Part shown: positions 31,805-40,392 of the stretch, in pieces | How the letters are laid out: every line of letters begins with the position of its first letter | How positions within the stretch are numbered: the stretch's first letter is position 1 | Source: Microcystaceae cyanobacterium | GTDB taxonomy: Bacteria; Cyanobacteriota; Cyanobacteriia; Cyanobacteriales; Microcystaceae | NCBI GenBank assembly: GCA_041746575.1 | Contig: JBGTGT010000116.1 | Span: forward strand, 14,174 to 78,173 | Length of the DNA: 64,000 nt | Direction of reading: 5' to 3' | The notes under the pieces: generated by a model | Seen by the model: only the letters and a program-made list of their open reading frames with translations | Database searches by the model: none | What the model was told of the DNA's origin: nothing | Made by a program: the position numbers and the translations under genes

Positions 31805-34495
31805 ATGACAACCGGGACGGAATATGGAAAATTGTATAATCAAGCCTATGCCGCCTATGGTCAGGGAAATTACGACGCGGCTTTGGCATTAACGGAACGG
31901 ATGGAACAGTCCTTCCCGGATGATCCCCACATTTTCCTCCTTCAAGGTAATATTTTTTACGGTCTAGGGCAATACGATCACGCCTGTTATAAATATCAAC
32001 AGGTCTTAGCCATGGAGTCCCAACTGCAAGATCAACCCCAAGTGATCGAATATGCTTACCAAGGCTTAGAAAGAGCGCAACAATATCAAAATCAACTCCT
32101 CGATCCCTCCCTAGGCATCGCCGAAACTGAAAGTGTTTCTGCCGCTCATCACCATGCCGCCTCCCCGTCGGTGATTGAGCAAGAAGACGATGAACCCGAT
32201 TGGCAGGCCGAAGCTTCCCAATGGAATCAAGAACCAGAACTCCCCTCTGACGGTGTTGATTGGGATAGTGCCATTTTTAGTGACGAGGATTTTGGTGAAC
32301 CCACCCTCGGCAAAGCGGTAGATGCCCCGTCACATCCTTTTAAAGAAGACCTCCTCGACGAAGCCGGTGAAACGTCTTTTAACCCTTCCCTCGGCCACGC
32401 CCCAACCTTTCAAGGGCCGCCGTCTAACCCGTTTGAGTCTCAAGCAGAAACCCTTCAGCCGGAGTGGCCGGACTTTACGGACGGGTTGGATGAAGATTTT
32501 TCCTTAGACGACGATCAACCTGATAGCCATTCAGGTTACCCTAACGCCTCAGAACCGACGTTTATGGTGTCTTCTAACTTAGAAACTCCCTCATCTGGGG
32601 AAGCCTCTTTCCCTTTTGAGGACAGTGCGGAGACATCAGCATGGGAGGAAATGTCCATCGGTGATCAAAAAACGATTCAAGCTCCTCCTTCGATGGTACC
32701 GAGCGGAGACGACAGTTTTCTCGATAGTCATTGGGATTCTCTTAATGAGGAAGAACTAGAAGGGCTTTCTAAATTTAATTTAACTGATATTTCCGCAGAA
32801 TTGCCAGAATCGGGTTTATTCTCAGAACAATCCTCTGCCGATTTTACTCTCGATGAAGCCAAATTTTCGACTCGAACGACTGCCGATAGTTCTTCTCATT
32901 GGCTGAAAACGGGGGATAATGCGCCAGACAATTCCTCAGCCCTTCTTTCCCTTAATGGGGCAAAACCGACGGCTGACGTAGAACAAGGAATGTTTGCTTG
33001 GTTAATCAACGCCCCCTTACGCCGTAAACAGTTATTGACGTCTGCAGGAGCGGGCTTAATGGCCGCTTTAACGGTTTTAGTGATTGGAGGATTATTCGCC
33101 GCCAACAGTCCCAAAGACAAAACACCCGCCCCATCTCCTCCTAAAACCGAACAACCAAAAACGAAAGATCCTAAGGCGGCTCAAGCCAGCAAAACCGCTC
33201 AAACCCCTGAGAAAAACGGGTATTTTTTGATTCCGATGGCCCTAATGACGGGCTTAAGCAGTTTTGCCATCACCTTCTTATTGATGGAGATTATTCTTCG
33301 CTACATCAAGCGTACCCTTGAAGATCTCCTATTGCAGTTCAATACCGTATATAGTGGCAATTTAAACGTCAAAGCAACCGTTTTTGGCGAAGATGAATTG
33401 GGTCACCTCACCCGTTGTTTTAATTTAATGACTCGTCAGGTTAATACTATTACCAGCGAAGCTCAACAACGGGCATCGGATGTCGAACAAGCTAGAGAAG
33501 ATTTGCAAAGACAAGTGATTCGTCTCCTAGATGATGTAGAAGGGGCGGCACGGGGCGATTTGACGGTAGAAGCGGAAGTGACGGCGGATGTTTTGGGGGC
33601 AGTGGCCGACGCTTTTAATTTGACCATTCAAAATCTCAGAGGCATTGTCCAACAGGTCAAAAAAGCCGCTAAACAGGTTAATAAAGGCTCAACAGATAGT
33701 GAATCGTTTGCCCGTAATAATTCGGGGGATGCCTTGAGAATGGCGGAGGAATTAGCCGTTACCTTAAACTCGGTTCAGATGATGACGGAATCCATTCAAC
33801 GGGTAGCCGAAAATGCCCGCGAAGCCGAAGAAGTGGCTCATACCTCTAGTGTGACAGCATTGAAAGGGGGAGAAGCGGTCGAACAAACCGTGGCGGCAAT
33901 TTTGCAAATTCGGGAGACCGTCTCTGAAGCCGCCCGTAAAGTGAAACGTTTAGCAGAAGCCTCGCAGGAAATCTCGAAAATTGTGGCGGTTATTTCGCAA
34001 ATTGCCAGCAGAACCAACTTACTCGCTTTGAATGCGTCGATTCAGGCGGCGAGAGCCGGAGAGGCGGGGAAAGGGTTCGCTATCGTTGCCGATGAAGTCC
34101 GACAATTGGCTGACCGTTCGGCCAAAGAGTTGAAAGATATTGAACAAATCGTTTTGCAAATTCAAAGTGAGACAGGTTCGGTCATGAAAGCGATGGAGGA
34201 AGGCATTCAACAGGTGATCAAACTCACCGATATGTCGGAACAAGCCAAGCGATCGCTGGAGGATATTATTAACGTATCCAATCGCATTAATACCCTTGTT
34301 CGTTCCATTACTGCTGATACGGTCAAACAACGGGAGAATTCTCGCGCAGTAACCCAAGTCATGCAATCTATTGAATTAACGGCACAAGAAACTTCTCAAG
34401 AATCCCAACGGGTGGCAGGTTCTTTACAGAAATTGGTGTCAATTTCTCAGAATTTATTATCTTCTGTGGAAAGTTTCCGGGTTGATACCGATTAG
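31805..34495 (+). CDS. pilJ: Methyl-accepting chemotaxis protein with N-terminal TPR, acidic linker, two TM helices and HAMP
   Basis: [37 protein letters not shown] signalling hairpin; DELGHL HAMP motif. Confidence 0.92.
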   Translation: MTTGTEYGKLYNQAYAAYGQGNYDAALALTERMEQSFPDDPHIFLLQGNIFYGLGQYDHACYKYQQVLAMESQLQDQPQVIEYAYQGLERAQQYQNQLLDPSLGIAETESVSAAHHHAASPSVIEQEDDEPDWQAEASQWNQEPELPSDGVDWDSAIFSDEDFGEPTLGKAVDAPSHPFKEDLLDEAGETSFNPSLGHAPTFQGPPSNPFESQAETLQPEWPDFTDGLDEDFSLDDDQPDSHSGYPNASEPTFMVSSNLETPSSGEASFPFEDSAETSAWEEMSIGDQKTIQAPPSMVPSGDDSFLDSHWDSLNEEELEGLSKFNLTDISAELPESGLFSEQSSADFTLDEAKFSTRTTADSSSHWLKTGDNAPDNSSALLSLNGAKPTADVEQGMFAWLINAPLRRKQLLTSAGAGLMAALTVLVIGGLFAANSPKDKTPAPSPPKTEQPKTKDPKAAQASKTAQTPEKNGYFLIPMALMTGLSSFAITFLLMEIILRYIKRTLEDLLLQFNTVYSGNLNVKATVFGEDELGHLTRCFNLMTRQVNTITSEAQQRASDVEQAREDLQRQVIRLLDDVEGAARGDLTVEAEVTADVLGAVADAFNLTIQNLRGIVQQVKKAAKQVNKGSTDSESFARNNSGDALRMAEELAVTLNSVQMMTESIQRVAENAREAEEVAHTSSVTALKGGEAVEQTVAAILQIRETVSEAARKVKRLAEASQEISKIVAVISQIASRTNLLALNASIQAARAGEAGKGFAIVADEVRQLADRSAKELKDIEQIVLQIQSETGSVMKAMEEGIQQVIKLTDMSEQAKRSLEDIINVSNRINTLVRSITADTVKQRENSRAVTQVMQSIELTAQETSQESQRVAGSLQKLVSISQNLLSSVESFRVDTD

Positions 34496-34673
34496 GTCGT
34501 TGAGAACAGGGTATAGTGGATGATAGCTCAATTCATCTGCTAAGTCGCAGGACCGCATGAAAGTGAATCATTGAGATAGCGGCAAGAGGCAACAAAACTT
34601 TTACCCCTCTCAAACGTTAGCTCACGAGACATAAGTCCCGCTTCTTATCATGATTAAATCGGAATGATTAACC

Positions 34674-35432
34674 ATGAACTGGTTTAAACGCTTATTGTCA
34701 GCCTTTTTTTTAGGAGGACAGGTTTTTTTTCATTGTCTAACGGCTAAAATTCATCGCCGTAATACCCTTGAACAAATGAGTGTGGTTGGCCCTGAATCGT
34801 TAGGAATTGCTCTTGTCACTGCTGGTTTTGTCGGGATGGTCTTTACCATTCAAGTTGCCCGCGAATTCATTAATTTTGGGGCAGGAACAACTGTTGGGGG
34901 GGTATTGGCTATTACCCTGACAAGGGAGTTAGCCCCCGTCTTAACGGCAGTAGTGGTGACTGGACGAGTAGGGTCAGCTTTTGCCGCAGAAATTGGCACA
35001 ATGCGGGTTACCGAACAGATTGATGCGCTCTATATGCTAAAAACTGATCCTATCGATTACTTGGTGGTGCCGAGAGTTCTAGCTAGTAGTTTAATGTTAC
35101 CAATTTTAAACCTGTTGTCATTAATAACAGGATTGTTGGGGGGATTATTGATTGCCAATGGTCTTTATGCTATTCCGACTTCTGTTTTTTTGAAATCCGC
35201 TAATGATTTTTTGGAATTGTGGGATGTGGTCAGTTCTTTGATTAAATCAGGCATTTTTGGGGCATTAATTGCAGTCATTGGTTGTAGTTGGGGTTTAACG
35301 ACTACAGGAGGTGCAAAAGGAGTCGGGCAGTCCACCACCACCGCCGTGGTAACATCTTTATTGGCGGTGTTTATTGCCAATTTTTTTCTATCTTGGATCA
35401 TGTTTCAAGGAACAGGAAGTTCGTTGAAGTAA
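34674..35432 (+). CDS. mlaE: MlaE family lipid ABC transporter permease (Ycf63)
   Basis: RELAPVLTA...GRVGSAFAAEIGTMRVTEQIDAL and GGAKGVG..TT.AVV motifs. Confidence 0.93.
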   Translation: MNWFKRLLSAFFLGGQVFFHCLTAKIHRRNTLEQMSVVGPESLGIALVTAGFVGMVFTIQVAREFINFGAGTTVGGVLAITLTRELAPVLTAVVVTGRVGSAFAAEIGTMRVTEQIDALYMLKTDPIDYLVVPRVLASSLMLPILNLLSLITGLLGGLLIANGLYAIPTSVFLKSANDFLELWDVVSSLIKSGIFGALIAVIGCSWGLTTTGGAKGVGQSTTTAVVTSLLAVFIANFFLSWIMFQGTGSSLK

Positions 35433-35611
35433 CAGAAAGCGGTATTTTAGGAATGCTCGCCGAGATTTTGGCAGAAGATGGCTTAAATGGGGCTATGAAT
35501 AAGCGTAGAGACGCTTTCTAGAACGCCCCTACACTATCCTATCCCTGAATGAAGCATAACCACCGTATTTTCAGCCCACCTTTTGAGGGTGATTTTGAAC
35601 TCAGGTTGAGC

Positions 35612-36151
35612 TTAACTACGAACGGTCGGTTTCGTCTCTGCGCCGGGGCGATTGCCTTGACCTTCGAGAGATTCCCCTTCAATAAAGGAACGAAGCATCC
35701 AAGCCATTTCTTCGTGTTGTTCCATTAATCCCGTCAAAAAGTCGGCAGTTCCTTCATCGTGGAAGGATTCGCCACATTGGTCAATATGTTCTCTAAGATT
35801 TCGGATGATCTGTTCATGGTCAGAAACTAAACGCGTCACCATTTCATTGGCGGAAGGCAAATCTTGAGGATGCTCTTTAATAGAGCCGTTTTGGATAAAT
35901 CCGGCGGCTGTTCCGAGAGGATAACCCCCTAAAGCCCGAATTCTTTCTGCAACTGCGTCTATACTAATAGTCAAAGCCTCATAATGCTCTTCCCATAGCA
36001 TGTGAAGGGTGCGAAACTGGGGGCCAACGACATCCCAATGGTATTTTTTGGTTTTGATCAGTAGAAGGTAAAGATCCGATAAATCAACGTTCAAAAGATC
36101 AATGACGCCGTGACGCTGTTCTTCGGTCAAACCGATGTTAGGCTGAGACAT
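35612..36151 (-). CDS. dps: Dps family DNA starvation/stationary phase protection protein
   Basis: KYHWDVVGPQFRTLH, DAVAERIRALG and HEEMAWML ferroxidase motifs. Confidence 0.93.
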   Translation of the reverse strand: MSQPNIGLTEEQRHGVIDLLNVDLSDLYLLLIKTKKYHWDVVGPQFRTLHMLWEEHYEALTISIDAVAERIRALGGYPLGTAAGFIQNGSIKEHPQDLPSANEMVTRLVSDHEQIIRNLREHIDQCGESFHDEGTADFLTGLMEQHEEMAWMLRSFIEGESLEGQGNRPGAETKPTVRS

Positions 36152-36256
36152 AGATAGATAGTATTACTTGAATAACGACCCTCTCATTAAAACAATTTTT
36201 GGCGGTCGCACACATCTAGAATTTGAATGACTTTAATTTTGAATCTAAGATCAATC

Positions 36257-36348
36257 TCTAACTTGAGAGGGAGCTAGATGCCGCTAACGCCCTTCAGGAG
36301 AAGGGTCATAGTTGCTACTACAGCAGGGGTCTTCTTTCTCTAGATAGT
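36257..36348. promoter_or_regulatory. Candidate palindromic regulator sites TC-N3-C-N3-AG-N3-GA in the dps/psaE divergent promoter
   Basis: TCTAACTTGAGAGGGA (36257-36272) and TCTTTCTCTAGATAGT (36333-36348); similar sites at 38020, 38185 and 38213. Motif defined by eye. Confidence 0.4.
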
Positions 36349-36423
36349 TTTTTCTGTTTGATCGACTTTGATCGGGCTAAAATATGCAAAAATTCAATAT
36401 ATAATTAATTGAGGAAAATATTC

Positions 36424-36801
36424 ATGGTTCAACGCGGTTCTACAGTCAGAGTCTTGCGCCACGAATCCTATTGGTACAAAGACGTTGGTACGGTTGTTTC
36501 CGTAGACAAAAGTGGTATCATTTATCCGGTCATCGTTAGATTCGGGAAAATAAATTATGCTGGCGTAAATACCAATAACTTCGCTGAGCGAGAACTAGAA
36601 GAAGTGCAAGCACCCAAAGGAAAGCCCAAGGCAACGGTGGCTCCTTCAGGGGATAAGCAAACCCCCATTGAGGCCGCAACGCGTCGAACAGGTACAGATG
36701 CCAGAGCATCGGATGCAAGAGAAGGGGCTAAGCCTGAAGCACCCGGTGATAAAAATGTAGATATAGAGGGCGATCCTAATCAAGGAACAGATGCGCTTTA
36801 A
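36424..36801 (+). CDS. psaE: Photosystem I subunit IV (PsaE) homolog with long C-terminal extension
   Basis: First ~62 aa match PsaE ([21 protein letters not shown]...[19 protein letters not shown]), then ~60 extra low-complexity residues. ATG 36424 has a GAGG RBS. Confidence 0.9.
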   Translation: MVQRGSTVRVLRHESYWYKDVGTVVSVDKSGIIYPVIVRFGKINYAGVNTNNFAERELEEVQAPKGKPKATVAPSGDKQTPIEAATRRTGTDARASDAREGAKPEAPGDKNVDIEGDPNQGTDAL

Positions 36802-36860
36802 ACTAATCTCGTTTTAAAGTCAGTTTTAACCTTGTTGAACGTTTGTCTGTTGCCAACTAA

Positions 36861-36880
36861 GGGCGCAAGTTTCTGCGCCC
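36861..36880. terminator. Hairpin between the convergent psaE-like and SDR genes
   Basis: GGGCGCA-agtttc-TGCGCCC. Confidence 0.55.
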
Positions 36881-37001
36881 AATCTTAAAATTAATTACAT
36901 CTGTCGGCGAGTGAATAGGTAGGTAAAAACCCACGAATCAGCAAATGGATAGAACAAAATCATACGTTTTTGTTCTCCTAACTTATCTAGGGTAAAGTTC
37001 C

Positions 37002-37868
37002 CTATGCACCTACAACAACACCTCCATTAGGATGCAATACTTGTCCAGCGAAATAAGAGGAATCTTCGGAGGCCAAAAATACAAAACTGGTAGCGACTTC
37101 TACCGGTTGGCCGGGGCGTTTCATGGGGACTTGTCCACCAAATCCTTCCACTTGTTCGGCAGACATTGCATCAGGAATAAAGGGTGTCCAAATTGGACCG
37201 GGAGCAACCCCATTGACACGGATTCCTTTTTTCAAAAGCGATTGAGCCAGGGAACGGGTAAAAGCCAAAATTGCTCCCTTAGTAGTGGAATAACTCAGCA
37301 AAGAAGCGTTACCTTTATAGGCATTAATTGAAGTGGTATTAATGATCGAACTTCCTTCTTTCAGATGAGGAATAGCCGCTTTTGAGAAATAAAACATGGC
37401 AAAGATATTGGTGCTAAAAATACTGCCTAGACGGGCTGAATCAATATCTTCTAGATTTTGGGAATCTTCTTGATATTGTTCTGCAGCATTGTTCACCAAA
37501 ATATCAAGTTTGCCCAATTCTTTAACGGTTTTTTCGACTGCTTCATGGCAGAATTTTTCGTTACTGATATCTCCGGCGATTAGGAGACATTTTCTGTTTT
37601 GCTCTTCTAGCAACTTTTTTGTTTTTTTGGCATCTTCATGCTCATCAAGATAGACAATCGAAACGTCCGCTCCCTCTTTGGCATAAAGCACAGCAACTGA
37701 ACGGCCGATACCGCTATCGCCTCCTGTAATTAGAGCCACTTTATCTAAAAGTTTATCGCTTCCCTTATAAGTATCGCGATCGTATTGGGGGGAAGGGGTC
37801 ATTTCTGACTCTAAGGCGGGTTGTCTCTCTTGAGACTGGGCAGGAATTTGATCGGCGGAAATTGTCAT
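37002..37868 (-). CDS. SDR oxidoreductase, general stress protein 39/YhdF/YghA-like
   Basis: YKGSDKL..KVALITGGDSGIGR, NNAAEQ, YSTTK catalytic motif, PGPIWTP. Confidence 0.92.
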   Translation of the reverse strand: MTISADQIPAQSQERQPALESEMTPSPQYDRDTYKGSDKLLDKVALITGGDSGIGRSVAVLYAKEGADVSIVYLDEHEDAKKTKKLLEEQNRKCLLIAGDISNEKFCHEAVEKTVKELGKLDILVNNAAEQYQEDSQNLEDIDSARLGSIFSTNIFAMFYFSKAAIPHLKEGSSIINTTSINAYKGNASLLSYSTTKGAILAFTRSLAQSLLKKGIRVNGVAPGPIWTPFIPDAMSAEQVEGFGGQVPMKRPGQPVEVATSFVFLASEDSSYFAGQVLHPNGGVVVGA

Positions 37869-38296
37869 AAATTTTCCTCTTTGAATAGTGATTTTCGAGG
37901 ATTCGTTATCGAAATCGAAAGTTAATAATCCTGCTAATTTAAAATAGAAGTTTTATTAACCAATTTCACTTTAAAGAAAAAATAAGCAAAAAAAATATAT
38001 CACAAGTCATAGTTTATATTCAGCCAAGAGACGGAATAAAGTTTTTATAGACTGTTTGCATTCTCAAAAATTTTCTTGACTTTTATCTTACTTCATCAGA
38101 ATCTTCAAATTTTGTAAGATGGATGATGCCCCGTCCTTTCTTATACTCTATATTTAACTACTCACTAAAATTTATTTAACAATTTATTTCTTAAGTTAGA
38201 AACTGTTTGACCTCTCACCTATGATAGATTCAAAACTAAGAAATTTTTGTTTTGATGTAAGTGGAAAACCTAAATGAATAAATTTTCTTTATTATT

Positions 38297-38710
38297 ATGA
38301 CAGACGCAACTAATGCCAAAGCTGAAGCAAAAACTATCTTAGAAGCCAAAGAGAAATTATCGAACGTTCTTCCCACACCTTCCGAGCAACAAATGCCGAT
38401 TTCTAGCCCTCAAGCCTTGAAGGAACGGCTAGAATGGGGCGAACCTGCATTGACGATTTTAGATGCACGAAGCCGCGAGGCGTATCTGGAAGAACACATT
38501 ACGGGCGCAATGTTATTCTCTGATTTTGAGTCGAGTTTTTCGACCGTGTCCCCCCGTCGGGACATGTATGTTTATGGGGAAAATGAAGAAGCGACGAGTC
38601 TTGCAGCAGATACCCTACGTCAAGCGGGATTTGAGCGAGTTTCTCAAATAAAAGGAGGCTTATCCGCTTGGAAATCCATCAAAGGGCCGACGGAAGGAAG
38701 AGCCGCGTAA
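38297..38710 (+). CDS. Rhodanese-like domain protein
   Basis: LEWGEPALTILDAR...HITGA and GGLSAW motifs; no Cys in the active-site loop. Confidence 0.88.
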   Translation: MTDATNAKAEAKTILEAKEKLSNVLPTPSEQQMPISSPQALKERLEWGEPALTILDARSREAYLEEHITGAMLFSDFESSFSTVSPRRDMYVYGENEEATSLAADTLRQAGFERVSQIKGGLSAWKSIKGPTEGRAA

Positions 38711-38730
38711 GAGATACTATATTGAGCCAT

Positions 38731-38777
38731 TAATTAATTAAAATGGGTACGCTTTTGTACCCTTTAATTATTAATTA
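38731..38777 (+). terminator. Long stem-loop after the rhodanese gene
   Basis: TAATTAATTAAAATGGGTAC / GTACCCTTTAATTATTAATTA imperfect inverted repeat. Confidence 0.55.
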
Positions 38778-38812
38778 TTTAGAGCGAGTTCTTTTAGGAA
38801 AAAATCAAGATT

Positions 38813-39013
38813 ATGCCAAGAGAAATAGACAAGTTTGCCAAAACTGAGCCTTTTATGGAGAGCAATGAGGTTGATCAATTGGGCGAAAAAGCGGGATTAG
38901 ATATATCTCCCGAAGAAGAATTGGCTCTCAAAGATAAACTAGAAGAACGGGACAAAGAAAGATTAAACTTGGATGATTTAGATGCTCAAACTCGTGATAC
39001 CAAATCCGTTTGA
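38813..39013 (+). CDS. Small acidic protein, DUF6335-like
   Basis: VDQLGEKAGL...EEL...DKLEERD pattern recalled from DUF6335 C-termini; hydrophilic, 66 aa. Confidence 0.6.
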   Translation: MPREIDKFAKTEPFMESNEVDQLGEKAGLDISPEEELALKDKLEERDKERLNLDDLDAQTRDTKSV

Positions 39014-39137
39014 TTACCCATCGTCAAAAGTATTTCGAACCTTTGTTTCTAAAGAATCACAACTATGGTCGATTAATAGGATTCGATATTATCTTTGACG
39101 CCCATAATTTAAATGGATTCTCTGGTTATCTCAAAAA

Positions 39138-39587
39138 TTATTCAGCTTCTAGTTTAGCGAGTACTCTTAGAATAAACCAAGCGATGACTGTGCCAATTAT
39201 ACCCATTACCCACAAGCCACAACCGACTGCCATTCCTAATGCAGATGATATCCAAATTGCGGCTGCCGACGTTAATCCCCGAACCCTAGAACTATGAAAA
39301 ATCGTTCCTGCACCGATAAACCCAACGCCTCCAATGATTCCAGCAATGACGCGTCCTAGGGTATCTGGATTTTTTTGAGCGATGCCTAATTCAATAGGAA
39401 TTAAGACAAAAAGGGCTGAACCAAAACTAACTAACATATTTGTTCTTAATCCGGCCGGTTTATCTTTGTCTTCTCTATCTAGTCCAATAATCGCACCGAC
39501 GATCAATCCTAATCCTAATCTTAAAAACAATTCAAAATAAGGAATAGGAGCAATTAAAGTGAGGGTTGATGATGTGTTTTCAAACAT
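39138..39587 (-). CDS. MgtC/SapB family membrane protein
   Basis: IGLDRE...KPAGLRTNMLV, GVGFIGAG and VRGLTSAAAIW motifs. Confidence 0.93.
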   Translation of the reverse strand: MFENTSSTLTLIAPIPYFELFLRLGLGLIVGAIIGLDREDKDKPAGLRTNMLVSFGSALFVLIPIELGIAQKNPDTLGRVIAGIIGGVGFIGAGTIFHSSRVRGLTSAAAIWISSALGMAVGCGLWVMGIIGTVIAWFILRVLAKLEAE

Positions 39588-39679
39588 TTACAAATTGTAA
39601 TTTAATGTTAACCCGAAATCAACGAAGTCAAACCTAATCGTTCAACTCTCTTTGATTAAAGCATTTTTAATCGCATGAT

Positions 39680-39890
39680 GGTAAATATATTGGGACTGTA
39701 ATTGTTGTGCTTGTCAACGACAGTAAATATGTAATATTCTTGGATTGTGTAAAAACTGAAGAAGAAAAACAAAAAGTTAAAATGCTTCTTTCAGAAAGAA
39801 TTTCTCTCAGAGGAATCATAAGATGTTTGAGAATGTCAATGACTTGGCTCCTAGGATTTGTTAATAGTTTATATTGCTCTGTCCCCTATC
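39680..39890 (+). mobile_element. IS1-family (InsA-like) transposase remnant
   Basis: CCACQRQ* zinc-ribbon relic followed in another frame by LLSERISLRGIIRCLRMSMTWLLGFV; boundaries approximate. Confidence 0.65.
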
Positions 39891-39987
39891 GTCTAAAGGT
39901 TTTAGAGGAAACAGACTTATTTTCTTCAGATTCCTTTGCCCTTTGCAATAATTCAATTAAGGTTTTAGTGTCTGGTAACGCTTTCAT
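39886..39987 (-). pseudogene. Truncated small ORF translationally coupled to the upstream pseudogene
   Basis: MKALPDTKTLIELLQRAKESEE...; ATGA overlap with the stop of 39984-40330; runs into the IS1 remnant. Confidence 0.5.
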
Positions 39988-40330
39988 GATTCATCTCCTA
40001 AACGGTTAACAATATTTTCCACTCTCATTTTATCTCTAAAACAACTCCTAGCATCAGAGATAATCTATTTCCTGCTATCTGTATTTCTTCACTGCTGACT
40101 TCTGTAGTAGAGATTAAAGCTGAAGCTTCATCAAACTATCGTCGCTAATTGACAATAAAAAAGAGAATATTACTCAAATAAGCAAAAAATAGCACTAAAA
40201 TTGTATTTTCTAAAAATTGAAATAGGGGAATCCTAACTAAATCAATTCCTTCTGCTGCATTTTGTTCTAATTTGTTCAGTCCTCGCTGAAATCGGTTAAT
40301 TAAGTCTTGGATTTCAGGGTTTATACTCAT
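39984..40330 (-). pseudogene. Pseudogene of a ~115-aa cyanobacterial hypothetical protein
   Basis: Protein-like sequence continues past the stop at 40145 (N*RR*FDEASALIS...IQIAGNRLSLMLGVVLEIK, frameshift, RVENIVNRL). Confidence 0.65.
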
Positions 40331-40392
40331 AGACAGAATAAATGATTAGATAAGGTGAATCTTCAATAATAAAGACCCACCCTAACTTAATC

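Noticed and set aside
39707..40009. 100-aa ORF as a real gene
   Set aside because: It is a chimera of an IS1 InsA fragment and the antisense strand of a neighbouring truncated gene.
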